A stretch of DNA of 38,148 bases from Candidatus Bathyarchaeota archaeon (GCA_018397055.1 JAGTQS010000003.1:1-38148); one strand, 5' to 3'; shown: positions 1-9,925, counted from the first letter of the stretch. A program made the numbers and translations. The notes: generated by a model from the letters alone, not told the origin.

Positions 1-69
1 TACACGTCAATACAGCTTCAAAAACACATGCAACCCAGAACCAAAAATAAAACATAAATTTGCCAAAGT

Positions 70-696
70 TTAGTTATTAAAAAACACGTAGGTTTGTTTA
101 TCAATCGTTATCAAAAGTTTGGTTTTGTCATATAGATTTCTTAACTCATTGTTTGAATATTGGTAATAATACATTCGTTCGCCATGTCCATGAAGCCTGA
201 GGTAAGCCACTTTACCTATGTAAACCGGCATTGACAGAAAAGGATCCGTAACGTGCGAAACGTCTAATTTTTTAAGGGTTATTTTTAATTTTTCTCGAAC
301 TTCAGGTTTTTGCCAAAGAGGACCTCTAGGTTCCCAGACAAAAATAAGGTCATCTCGGACAACATGTTCAAAGAATTTCGCAGCTTCATGTATTCTATCA
401 GGTCTGTAAGTGGCAGGCGTCTGAAACAAAAGAACTTTGGCATCAAGAATGTTACAAATTTCTTTCATAGTATTTAGAGATTCACGAGTTTGTTCGGGGT
501 TCAATTTATGTTTGTGAGTGATGTCTTGATGCGCCTTTACCGTAAACTCGAAACCAGTTGGTGATGTTTCTCTCCATTTTCTTACTGTTTGAGACCTGGG
601 ATATCTATAGAAAGTAATATTTAACTCGACAACGTTAAAAATTTCTTGATACTTTCTCGTGTTAACCGGATATCCGCAACATCCTATTTTAAGCAT
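70..696 (-). CDS. DUF72 (UPF0759/YecE-like) family protein
   Basis: 208-aa ORF. 'IGCCGYP', 'FNVVELNITFYRYP' and 'GFEFTVKAHQDITH' match my recollection of DUF72 N-terminal motifs. Same strand as rad50 and 17 nt downstream of it. Confidence 0.7.
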   Translation of the reverse strand: MLKIGCCGYPVNTRKYQEIFNVVELNITFYRYPRSQTVRKWRETSPTGFEFTVKAHQDITHKHKLNPEQTRESLNTMKEICNILDAKVLLFQTPATYRPDRIHEAAKFFEHVVRDDLIFVWEPRGPLWQKPEVREKLKITLKKLDVSHVTDPFLSMPVYIGKVAYLRLHGHGERMYYYQYSNNELRNLYDKTKLLITIDKQTYVFFNN

Positions 697-713
697 GACT
701 ATGGCTCTCAGGC

Positions 714-2801
714 TTAACGCTCTATAGATGTAACGCTTCTATTTTCGAGTTTCTCCAACCTTATAACATGGTCTGCTTTGTCTGCAAAGTTCTCATTGTG
801 CGATACAGCGATTATTTGCTCAACAGTTTTCAGCCGCGAGAGTGATTCTGCTAGACGGTCTATTGAACCGTCTTCTCTACCGAGGCTTTCAGTAGGTTCA
901 TCTAAAAGAAGTAATGGAAGTCCATGTCCAACCTTCCATTGCATGATAAGTTGACCCAACCCTATGCGATATGCAAAAGCCAATAGTGTTCTTTCGCCGC
1001 CTGATAGATTAAAAATGCTTCTCTCGTATCCTTTCTCAACCTCAATGATTGGAGTGTAGTTTTCATCAATTTTTACTGAAAATGTTAACCCCTCGACACT
1101 AGACAGTTCATTCAAAACTTGCTGAACAATTCTTTCAAGATACCTGACAAACTCTGTTCTTATTCTAGGCTGAATGCTTCTGTAAGCTTGTCGAATCTCT
1201 TGGGCATGTGTTATCATCTTGTCTACTTTTTCAAGCCTTGCTTTCTTTTGTTGTGCAATTTTCAGTCTCTCTTCGACGGTTTGTAGCCTTCTAATTATTT
1301 CAGACCTACTTAACTCAATGTTTTGAGATTTATGCTTAAGACTAGAATATTCTTCGTAAGCAACATTGAATTCTTTCTGTGCGTTTTCCAGATCAGTAAT
1401 GTCGAATTCTCTTATTTTTGAACGAAGCGAAACTAGCTCATCTTCAAACATTTTCTCGTCTTTTTGGCTCTGCTCCAAACGACGTTTCGTGTCCTCCAAA
1501 ATTTTTTTCTCTTCACCCATCTGTCTGGTAATTTCTTCAACACGAGCTTGAATGTTCTGAAAATTTTGAATAACAGTTTCAATGACGGATCTAACATTCT
1601 CGTGTTTCTCTGTCATTTTTTCAATATTCGTAAGTTGTTGCTTGTTCTCTGATATTTCATCGTACAGTCTTTGGATCAGTCTTTCTTTATAGCTAGGTTC
1701 AAGAATTTGGAGGCATAAAGGACAAGTGTTTTCCTTGATGAGATTTGATATTCGTGCAGTTGCCTTGCTAATGTCTGATTTTAGACTTTCCTCTTTACCC
1801 AGGTTTCCTTGTATCTCCACTTGTAATGTCTTGATAAAATCTAACAGCTTTTCGATTGAAAGTTCAGGAGGCAACCCAACATCTCTTAATTTATCTTGGC
1901 AGGAGCGTATCTGAGAATTTTGAACCTCAAGACGTTTTTCCAAATCCTCAAGTCTTTCCTTACGTTTTTGAATCTCTTCAGCAAGTCTAAGATTGGATTG
2001 TTGAATGCCAGTATATTTTGATTGAAGAATTGATTCTTCTCTGCGAAGTTGTTCGTTTGTTCGACGAATAGTTTCTAAGGTCTTTAGACGTTCTGAAGCT
2101 CGATTATATCTTTCTTCAGCTTCAAAGAGCATTTTTTTAGTTTCTTCAGCTTCTTTCTCTTTTATTTCAAGCTCTTTTAATGCCTCCTGATGTCGGCTCA
2201 TTATCTCTTCGAATCCTGTAACATCAGCATCTCGCTGTAAGATTGTTAATTCCTTTTCGAGTCCTGTAATAACTGGTCTAAAGTTTATCCATGCAATTTC
2301 GTAGTCTGAAAGGTTAAAAAGTTGATCAAGCTTTTTTTGCCTTTCAATAGGAGACATATTTAAAACGTCTTTTAGGTGTTCTTGACGCATCCACAAAATT
2401 TCCCTAAAAATTTCTTTGTCGAAACCTATAATCGAAAACAACTGCTCAGCGACTGCTTCGCTTTTCATTTCAGCAATGACGTTTCCTTCCTCTTTAAGCG
2501 TAAGTTGTTCCATATTTTGGCTGATACGTTCGTTTTGTCTCTTCAACGCTCTTTGGATAACGTATTCTTTTCCATTTTTGAAAAATTTTAAGGTGACTTT
2601 ACCATATTCTGCCTCTTCTCGAAGAAGATAATCGTAGCTTCTGCTGATTGGTTCACCAAAAAATGCAAAGTCGATTGCGTATAAAATGCTGGATTTTCCT
2701 GTCCCCAGCCCTCCAATAAGACAATTAAACCCTTCTCCAAAATTTATGCAAGTTTTTATATGAGACCTTATGTTTTCGAGTTCTATACATTCAATTTTCA
2801 A
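714..2801 (-). CDS. rad50: Rad50 double-strand-break repair ATPase (SMC-like, relatively short coiled coil)
   Basis: 695 aa. Walker A 'GGLGTGKSS', long charged coiled coil, central zinc hook 'CPLC', signature 'LSGGER', Walker B 'LLLLDEPT' and 'AVSH' H-loop. 4-nt overlap with the mre11 stop. Confidence 0.9.
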   Translation of the reverse strand: MKIECIELENIRSHIKTCINFGEGFNCLIGGLGTGKSSILYAIDFAFFGEPISRSYDYLLREEAEYGKVTLKFFKNGKEYVIQRALKRQNERISQNMEQLTLKEEGNVIAEMKSEAVAEQLFSIIGFDKEIFREILWMRQEHLKDVLNMSPIERQKKLDQLFNLSDYEIAWINFRPVITGLEKELTILQRDADVTGFEEIMSRHQEALKELEIKEKEAEETKKMLFEAEERYNRASERLKTLETIRRTNEQLRREESILQSKYTGIQQSNLRLAEEIQKRKERLEDLEKRLEVQNSQIRSCQDKLRDVGLPPELSIEKLLDFIKTLQVEIQGNLGKEESLKSDISKATARISNLIKENTCPLCLQILEPSYKERLIQRLYDEISENKQQLTNIEKMTEKHENVRSVIETVIQNFQNIQARVEEITRQMGEEKKILEDTKRRLEQSQKDEKMFEDELVSLRSKIREFDITDLENAQKEFNVAYEEYSSLKHKSQNIELSRSEIIRRLQTVEERLKIAQQKKARLEKVDKMITHAQEIRQAYRSIQPRIRTEFVRYLERIVQQVLNELSSVEGLTFSVKIDENYTPIIEVEKGYERSIFNLSGGERTLLAFAYRIGLGQLIMQWKVGHGLPLLLLDEPTESLGREDGSIDRLAESLSRLKTVEQIIAVSHNENFADKADHVIRLEKLENRSVTSIER

Positions 2802-4006
2802 AGTCTCTCCTCCAAAAGTAATGTTGCCTTTTCTTCATTCCCCCTCACTAAAAGCTGAAGTAAATCAAGAGCTAAATTAGCAATTTTTTCCGCATCCTCA
2901 TCTTTATATCTTTGTAAAAAGAATTGGCGGAAATACTCGAATGACCTTGTTCTTAAATCCTTCATTTCGCCCTCAAAAATAGAACGTATTGTATCTTCGG
3001 GAATGTCTGTTTCCTTTAAACTAACTAGAACATGAACCAAGAGAGCTTTCTCAGCAGCTTCTCTAATCTTGGCAAAGTCAATTTGTCTACGGCTAGATTC
3101 CCTTGGTAAAGTTCCTTTTAACACGGGAACAATTATGGCTCCAGGCTCATCTGCCTCTCTAACTGCCTCAACAGCTAACTCGGTGATTTTTTGTGGCATA
3201 AGATCTGTACAATCTTTCTCAAGGATTTTGAATAGACGGGGTGTTTCAAGTTTGATCCTCGTTACCTCAATGTCGTTCTTTTTTCGTACAGTTACGTGAT
3301 AGAACCCCTTTTCTACCGTTGCGTCTTCGTAGCTAACTGTTTCCGTTGCACCACTATAGGCAAGCAAAGCTCTTTTAAAGGGGAACTGCCAAGGCCTATG
3401 AAGGTGGCCCCCAGCATAATAGTCAAATCCACTTGGAATGAAGTCAGGTGAAGCCTCCGCAAAATATACTGGCATTCCTTTCATAATTTCTGGCACATCA
3501 AGAGCCATGTGAAAAACAAAAATGTTGAATGCATCCAGTCTAGGTTTAGGCTTTTTCATTTCGTAAAAGATTGGTAATTGAGCTTCTGTGCGAAAACGGG
3601 TTCGGAAGTTTGGAATTCCGTAAATGTAACAGTTACCATTATCCCAGCATGCTCCTTCATGTCTAGGCAAATAGTAGAGAAGACCAGCGCTGTCTAATGG
3701 ATTAAGAATCGTTCCAGTAATTATGTTTGGAGCAGCATCATGAGACCCATCGACAGCAAACACGCGTATGCCTGCAGAATTGATTTTCTTGAAACCTTTG
3801 ATAGCGCTTTCTAATGTTGCGTTTGAGGGACGTGCTTGATGAAAAAGGTCTCCTGCTATAATCATGAAATCAGGTTTCAACTCAATCGTCTTATCTATAA
3901 CTTCGTGGAAGGCTCGGTCAAAATCTTCTCTTCTAGCTGCCATATTATACTGTTCGTAGCCCAAATGAAGGTCAGCAACATGTACAAAGCTAAAAGGCTT
4001 CAACAC
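2798..4006 (-). CDS. mre11: Mre11 nuclease (calcineurin-like phosphoesterase)
   Basis: 402 aa. Phosphoesterase motifs 'VADLHLG', 'IIAGDLFH', 'VDGSHD' and 'GGHLH'. Translationally coupled to rad50. Confidence 0.9.
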   Translation of the reverse strand: MLKPFSFVHVADLHLGYEQYNMAARREDFDRAFHEVIDKTIELKPDFMIIAGDLFHQARPSNATLESAIKGFKKINSAGIRVFAVDGSHDAAPNIITGTILNPLDSAGLLYYLPRHEGACWDNGNCYIYGIPNFRTRFRTEAQLPIFYEMKKPKPRLDAFNIFVFHMALDVPEIMKGMPVYFAEASPDFIPSGFDYYAGGHLHRPWQFPFKRALLAYSGATETVSYEDATVEKGFYHVTVRKKNDIEVTRIKLETPRLFKILEKDCTDLMPQKITELAVEAVREADEPGAIIVPVLKGTLPRESSRRQIDFAKIREAAEKALLVHVLVSLKETDIPEDTIRSIFEGEMKDLRTRSFEYFRQFFLQRYKDEDAEKIANLALDLLQLLVRGNEEKATLLLEERL

Positions 4007-4212
4007 TAACTCCTCATACAGGAATTATTCAACAATTCAAAAATAGATAACAATACTTAATATGCATTGTTTTCTGTGCAATATATTATCTTAATTAACT
4101 CATCTTCAATAATTAGTTATAATGAAGCTCTAGTATAGTTATCAAAAAGAACTTTTAAATATCAAAGTTCGGCAATAGAATTTTTAAATTTCTATGAGTT
4201 AACCTTCCTTAC

Positions 4213-5190
4213 CTAAAAATTTTTTATTTCACTTGCAAGAATGCTTAGTTTGAATGTTTTCTTTCCATTTTCGCTTAACTGATATTCATAAATTGGCTCG
4301 AGAACTGCTTGGTCAAATGAAAATTCTTTATTACATTTTTTGCAAATGACAACAATTGCTGGAATATTAAAAAGATGCCCATACACGCATTTGTAACAAT
4401 TGCTGATCTTTCGGTAGTCCACGCCTACCATCTTAAGCTCTTTCGTACACTTAGGGCACAAAAGAGAAAAATTGCCTTTTTCAAATTCTGACTCAAAACC
4501 AATATATCCACATGTAAAGTGTTCAATAGCCTCTCCGCTTTTTATAAGCCTACTGCCACAATCGGGGCATTTTACATTTATTGAAATTACCAAAGAATTG
4601 CAGGCTGGACAAGCTATAATTGAATGTGTCGGTTCCTTTTTTAGTAAGCCTTTCTCCGACATTTTATCTAAAGTTGAAAAAAGGGCAGATAATGGAATTT
4701 GAACGTTAGGTATTACTTGAGGTGTCCCCACAACATCAACCCTTATGGTTGAGTTTTCTGATAAGACTCTGTATATCTCTTTCGCTGTATCGATGTCGAT
4801 GTTTTTTGGAAGCGCCGACTCCAGAAGTATTTCATTTATACTCTCACTTAGACGTTTAGTTGGAATGTTGTCTTTAACAATATAGTCTTTAACCCCAAGC
4901 TTCATTGCTTCAACAGCAATTTCTTCATTACCTTTGCTTGTAACAAAAATTATTGGTTTTTGATAACGTTGCCTTCGTAATTCTCTGAGAATTTCTAAAC
5001 CAGTCATATCTGGAAGCTTATAATCAAGTATAATGATATCAAAATTTTCTTTTTTAATATTTTCAATTCCTTCTTTTCCAGTTTTTGATACCGTTAATTT
5101 GAAATCAACAGCGAGGTGTTTCTTTAAAGAATGTTCTAAAATAAAATGATCATCTGGATTATCCTCAACATAAAGTATGTTGAGCTGCAA
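4213..5190 (-). CDS. Response regulator: N-terminal REC domain fused to a Cys-rich zinc-ribbon output domain
   Basis: 325 aa. REC motifs 'ILYVEDNPDD', 'DIIILDYKLPDMTGLEIL' and 'IIFVTSKG'. The C-terminal ~190 aa carry CPAC, CPDC, CPKC, CYKC and CKKC pairs, preceded by a possible winged-helix-like 'LDKMSEKGLLKKEP'. It resembles what I recall of the TACK-specific TackOD1 output domain (not verifiable here). Confidence 0.75.
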   Translation of the reverse strand: MQLNILYVEDNPDDHFILEHSLKKHLAVDFKLTVSKTGKEGIENIKKENFDIIILDYKLPDMTGLEILRELRRQRYQKPIIFVTSKGNEEIAVEAMKLGVKDYIVKDNIPTKRLSESINEILLESALPKNIDIDTAKEIYRVLSENSTIRVDVVGTPQVIPNVQIPLSALFSTLDKMSEKGLLKKEPTHSIIACPACNSLVISINVKCPDCGSRLIKSGEAIEHFTCGYIGFESEFEKGNFSLLCPKCTKELKMVGVDYRKISNCYKCVYGHLFNIPAIVVICKKCNKEFSFDQAVLEPIYEYQLSENGKKTFKLSILASEIKNF

Positions 5191-5220
5191 ACATATTCAC
5201 TTCAAATACTTAATTTTTCA

Positions 5221-5664
5221 TTAACTAGGAATTTTAGAAATTATCAACCAATATTGCTTTATTTCCACAACAGTCTTTATAAATTTCTCAAAACTTACAG
5301 GTTTCACAATATAATTGTTGCATCCTAATTTATATGCATTGGTAATGTCCTTTTCACTTTCAGACGAAGTTAAAACAATAACAGGTATACTTCTTAGATT
5401 TTCATCAGTTTTTATTTCCTTTAAAACTTCGAAACCGTTGCATCGAGGCATTTTCAAATCCAATAAAATCAAGGCTGGTGTTGGAGCGTTCTTATGTTTT
5501 CCCCTTTTTCTAAGAAAATCCATTGCTTCTTGTCCATCCTGGACCACATAAAGCTTGTTATATATATTTCCCATAATGAAAGCACGTTTTGTAATCATTA
5601 TATCATCTGGATTATCCTCTACAAGTAAAAATGGATATTCGGAATGTGAAGTAATTTCAGTCAT
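5221..5664 (-). CDS. Stand-alone CheY-like receiver protein
   Basis: 147 aa. 'LLVEDNPDD', 'ALILLDLKMPRCNGFEVLKEIK', 'PVIVLTSS' and 'KLGCNNYIVKP' make up a complete REC domain with no output domain. Confidence 0.85.
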   Translation of the reverse strand: MTEITSHSEYPFLLVEDNPDDIMITKRAFIMGNIYNKLYVVQDGQEAMDFLRKRGKHKNAPTPALILLDLKMPRCNGFEVLKEIKTDENLRSIPVIVLTSSESEKDITNAYKLGCNNYIVKPVSFEKFIKTVVEIKQYWLIISKIPS

Positions 5665-5683
5665 ATCTCATAACCTGAATTAT

Positions 5684-6958
5684 CTAATTTAAATTTGTAT
5701 TGTCTACATTTAGGTTTTTTGGCAATAACAGATAAAACGTACTTCCTTTACCAACTTCACTTTCGACCCAAACCTTTCCTCCAAAATGATCAGCGATCTT
5801 CTTACAAATAGCTAATCCAGCTCCCGTTCCCTCGTATTCATCTTCTTTGTGTAGTCTTTCAAAAATTTTGAATAATCGATCAAAGTATTTCTTGTCAATG
5901 CCAATGCCATTATCCTTAACTTTAAACAAGTACTCGTTTTCTTTTTCTTCGCATGATATCTCAACTGTTGGCTTTTCTGACTGGTTAAACTTTAGACCAT
6001 TATCAATGAGGTTCATGAAAAATTGTTTTATCCAAACTCGTTGAGTCCGAATTTTAGGTAAATTATCATATTTCACTACGCCGTTACGTTTTTTTATAAT
6101 AGGCTCTAAATCAATGATGATTTCATCAATTAGCTGATTCATGTTAACTTCTTCCACGTTCGTATATTTTCTTCCAACCCTAGACAAAAGAAGCAAATCC
6201 TCAATCATAGCATCCATATTCGAAACCGCGTTAACAATTCTTCGTATGTATTCTTGAGCGTTTTCGTCAAGTTTATCTTTATAATCTTCTGCGAGAAATG
6301 TGCTAAAAGCCTTGATCGCTCGGAGAGGCGCTCTTAAGTCATGAGATACTATATATGTGTAATTTTCTAAATCAGCATTAGATTGTTGAAGTGTCCTATT
6401 TGCTTCTTCAACTTCCTCTTTTAACTTCGCAAGTTCTATACACTTCTGTTCTAAAGATTTGTTAGCTTCTCGTAATGCTTCTTCTGATCTTCTTAAAGAT
6501 TCTTCAGCCTCTCTTAGTTCAGTAATATCTCTCGAAATCCCAGCAATTCCAATAATTATCCCATTCTTATCCCTAATAGGTACTTTGGTACAAGTTACCC
6601 ATCTAAATTTCCCATCAGCTCTCCTAATTCTTTCAATCTTACCTACAACAGGAATCCCAGTTGCAACGATCCTTTGCTCATCTTCCCAGGCATCTTTGGC
6701 ATGTTCTGGAGTGAAAAAATCAAAATCAGTCTTCCCATATGCTTCTTTTGAATTTTTAACACCCAAAATCTCACATTGGGCTTTATTTATAAGAATAAAA
6801 CGCGATTTTTCATCCTTAAAATATATTGTATCAGGTATATTATCCATCAATACTTGAAGCAGATCTAGCTCTTTAAATCGACTCGACACAATTTCCAACA
6901 AATCTTTTTCTTTTGAATATCTTGAGGATCTATGCATCGCATTTTCTCCATTAAACAA
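5684..6958 (-). CDS. Cytoplasmic PAS-domain sensor histidine kinase
   Basis: 424 aa with no obvious TM segment. PAS-like N-terminal half, coiled-coil linker, H-box 'SHDLRAPLRAI', N-box 'LIDNGLKF', G1 'DNGIGI' and G2 'GTGAGLAICKKI'. The start could be the internal Met at residue 8. Confidence 0.85.
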   Translation of the reverse strand: MFNGENAMHRSSRYSKEKDLLEIVSSRFKELDLLQVLMDNIPDTIYFKDEKSRFILINKAQCEILGVKNSKEAYGKTDFDFFTPEHAKDAWEDEQRIVATGIPVVGKIERIRRADGKFRWVTCTKVPIRDKNGIIIGIAGISRDITELREAEESLRRSEEALREANKSLEQKCIELAKLKEEVEEANRTLQQSNADLENYTYIVSHDLRAPLRAIKAFSTFLAEDYKDKLDENAQEYIRRIVNAVSNMDAMIEDLLLLSRVGRKYTNVEEVNMNQLIDEIIIDLEPIIKKRNGVVKYDNLPKIRTQRVWIKQFFMNLIDNGLKFNQSEKPTVEISCEEKENEYLFKVKDNGIGIDKKYFDRLFKIFERLHKEDEYEGTGAGLAICKKIADHFGGKVWVESEVGKGSTFYLLLPKNLNVDNTNLN

Positions 6959-7098
6959 GATGTTTGTTTTTCTCGTTTTTTGTGATGATGTAGTTCTAGT
7001 TCATTTAAGAATTATGAATATTAAATATATTTTATTTTTATATATTATATTGACAAATAAAAATTTTTTATTCAAGATAATTAATATTTATTCTTATA

Positions 7099-8361
7099 AT
7101 GTTTTACCCTTTAATATTTTCGGTTGCTTTTCAATTCCTTGAAGAATTTGTACAATGGCTTAGGAATTTGACAATCTCAGAATTTGTCTTCATATTTTGG
7201 CCAATGTTGATTGTAGATTTTGTTCGGTCAGTTGGAAAATCATTGTTTCTTTTATCTATTGCTTTATATTATAAAATTCGTCCAACACGATTTAGGAACG
7301 ATTTTTTCCCAAAGGCGTCTCTCATTATTCCAGCGCACAATGAGGAAAAAATAATTGTTAATGCAATAGAATCTGCACTTGAAACAGATTATCCACAAAA
7401 AGAAATTATTGTTGTAGACGATGGATCAAAAGATAAAACTTTTCAGCTAGCATATCCCTACTTTCAAAAGGGCCTTATCAAACTTCTTCACAGAGATGTA
7501 GCAAGCGGTTCCAAGGCGACATCTTTGAATTTTGGTCTTATTTTTGCTACAGGAGAAATCATAGTGGTAGTAGATGCAGACACACTGCTTGAACGGAATG
7601 CGTTAAGGGAAATCGTAAAACCATTAAGCGATCCTGACATCAGTGCTGTTTCTGGAAATGTTCGAGTCTTAAAGGGTGAAAATGGATCTAATAATCTATT
7701 AGTTAAATTACAAGCTTATGAATATCTCATTTCACTAGAACTGGGACGCCGATTTAATTCAATAATGAAAACTTTGTTAATTATTTCCGGGGCCTTTGGT
7801 GCCTTTTGGAAAGAAAGTGTATATTCTATTGGCGAATACGACAAGGATACCATAACAGAGGATTTCGACATGTCATTTAAAATGAGAAAGTTGGGCAAGA
7901 AATTATATTTTGAGGATAAGGCAATTTCTTGGACCTTTGCACCTGAGTCTTGGAAGAATTGGAGGCGTCAACGAATAAGATGGACTAAGGGTCAAGCTGA
8001 AACACTTTGGAAACACAGAAATGTGATGTTTAAAAAAGGCTTCGATGTCAGGTTCTTTATGGCGTTTTTCGATATGCTGTTTATGGACATTATCCTTCTT
8101 TTTATGCGGTTTGGATGGTTTAATTACATGCTTTTTACTTATCAAACGAGATTTATTTATATCTTAATTTTCAGCTTCATGATTTACATGGTTTTTGAGT
8201 TTATAACAATCTTTACTGCTGGCGTTTTGTCTCCCAGAAAAAAAGACCTCAAAAAAATATATCTTGTTCCAGTAGTAGTTCTATTTTATAGGCCATATTA
8301 TGCGTTAATTCGGTTAAAAGCATATTTCGATTGGATGCTTAAAAAGAAAAGCCAATGGTAA
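7099..8361 (+). CDS. Membrane-embedded processive family-2 glycosyltransferase (PgaC/NodC/cellulose-synthase-like)
   Basis: 420 aa. N- and C-terminal hydrophobic helices. GT2 motifs 'IIPAHNEE', 'VVDDGSKD', 'VVVDADT' and 'TEDFDMS', plus the processivity motif 'QRIRW' (QxxRW). Confidence 0.8.
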   Translation: MFYPLIFSVAFQFLEEFVQWLRNLTISEFVFIFWPMLIVDFVRSVGKSLFLLSIALYYKIRPTRFRNDFFPKASLIIPAHNEEKIIVNAIESALETDYPQKEIIVVDDGSKDKTFQLAYPYFQKGLIKLLHRDVASGSKATSLNFGLIFATGEIIVVVDADTLLERNALREIVKPLSDPDISAVSGNVRVLKGENGSNNLLVKLQAYEYLISLELGRRFNSIMKTLLIISGAFGAFWKESVYSIGEYDKDTITEDFDMSFKMRKLGKKLYFEDKAISWTFAPESWKNWRRQRIRWTKGQAETLWKHRNVMFKKGFDVRFFMAFFDMLFMDIILLFMRFGWFNYMLFTYQTRFIYILIFSFMIYMVFEFITIFTAGVLSPRKKDLKKIYLVPVVVLFYRPYYALIRLKAYFDWMLKKKSQW

Positions 8362-8548
8362 TTAGAAACAAAAAACATAGATACAGGTCTTTTCTGGAAA
8401 AGTTGGGATTGATGCTGTACAAACGTGTCTCTTCGAGTTGCAAAGAACATTTTACGATGAAGGGAGAAAAAATGTTAAGGAAGACTTCAAGGGGAGTTCA
8501 GCGTATTTCACTAAGTCATAACGCAGGAAAGTCCACTGAATCCAAGAA

Positions 8549-9925
8549 CTACTTAACTTGATAAAACCCTTTAAGGTTGTCAAGAACGATTTTTGCGGGT
8601 TCCTCTTGGTTTCTAATTTTTAGGATAAGGTTTAACCCATCAATTTTGGCTTTTTCAGGAATATGTAATAAAAAACGTTGATTAGCCCAGTAACGTAATG
8701 TGAATGATTTCCTCGCAACCACTCGGCGTTCAACTTCAATTGACACATCAATTTCTACATCGCCCTTACCACGGTTAATGGCATCAAAGGTGAGGTGAGA
8801 TATAGGGCAATCTCCATTGAACTTTATGAATCTACTTAAGGTTGCTTCCTTCTTTCCCACTGGAACTTCCCAAATAGCGGAGCCCTTGCCTTCGGTTATG
8901 CCTTCTGGATAAGCTATTTTTTCAAGGTTTCCATTTATCCATGTGCCTTCACTTTTATATGGTTTGAGAGTCCCTTCATTAACGTGCCATGTTTTTAAGT
9001 CTTCATCTTCGAAGTTGCCAAGTAATATGCCAGGTGTATAGGGCCACAAAGCATCTTCAGAAATGGACATCCACTGGCTTTCTGCATTGAAGTCTTCTTT
9101 GTACATCTTTAGTAATAACTTCATGTCTACTGGAATAATGTAGACTACGCTTTTGAAACGTGGATTTGCCTTTCCAGTGTCTGTTTCAGAAGCTACATCG
9201 CTGTGTAAGCACGGTCCCCATCGAATACCAACATGATAAGCGTTTTCGCTAGCTACCAAAATCATATATGCGCTGCTGCCCGCAACCCAACCAACCAGCG
9301 GTAAAGCCAAGTCATTTGAGGAAGACCAGCTTAGACTGGAGTCAGCATGTTTCGCGGTTCTGAAGAGCTGAATCCAAGGTCCTCCATCGTCACTTCCTTG
9401 ATGATACTCAGATCGGCCACGTTCCGCATCTGAGATCCAGCTGAAACCTTTACCTTCGAAGAAAGCGAAGGACTTTCGGGCCATCTCAAATGGAGGGTGA
9501 TTCTCGTCTGAGAACTGGTGGCTCATGAAGCAAGTGTTGAACGCAGTCAACTTTACATTCGAAGGCAATTCTAGCATTTCACCCTCAATCTTCACCCTTA
9601 AGTGTTCAGATGTAAACTTCAACTTGAGCAAGTAAGGTAGCCCATCCAGATTGTTAAGATTTCCACGTAACACGAGTTCCAGAGTGTTCTCAGACCTCTT
9701 TTTCTTAATGCTTGTGACATTACAGTATGGGAGTAGATGTCGGCCATCCCAGAGTTTTATGCCAACTTGCTCCATGTTAAAATCGAGCTCAGGTCTCGAA
9801 GGAAACAGATTGGAAGTCATCTTTACAGAACACGTCTCATTCTTCCTGTGCTCAACGAGCAACAACTCAATAGGGCAGCCTTTATTTCGAAACAAATTAT
9901 TACCTCGCACAACCACCTTTTCCAT
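8549..9925 (-). CDS. Hypothetical protein (458 aa, no signal peptide or TM recognised)
   Basis: Long uninterrupted ORF with normal amino-acid composition. I recognise no family motif. Convergent with the GT2 gene. Confidence 0.55.
   Translation of the reverse strand: MEKVVVRGNNLFRNKGCPIELLLVEHRKNETCSVKMTSNLFPSRPELDFNMEQVGIKLWDGRHLLPYCNVTSIKKKRSENTLELVLRGNLNNLDGLPYLLKLKFTSEHLRVKIEGEMLELPSNVKLTAFNTCFMSHQFSDENHPPFEMARKSFAFFEGKGFSWISDAERGRSEYHQGSDDGGPWIQLFRTAKHADSSLSWSSSNDLALPLVGWVAGSSAYMILVASENAYHVGIRWGPCLHSDVASETDTGKANPRFKSVVYIIPVDMKLLLKMYKEDFNAESQWMSISEDALWPYTPGILLGNFEDEDLKTWHVNEGTLKPYKSEGTWINGNLEKIAYPEGITEGKGSAIWEVPVGKKEATLSRFIKFNGDCPISHLTFDAINRGKGDVEIDVSIEVERRVVARKSFTLRYWANQRFLLHIPEKAKIDGLNLILKIRNQEEPAKIVLDNLKGFYQVK

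Noticed and set aside
8355-8561. 68-aa basic ORF between the GT2 gene and the 458-aa ORF
   Set aside because: It overlaps the ends of both convergent genes. It has no motif, and its composition is typical of a random ORF in a terminator spacer.
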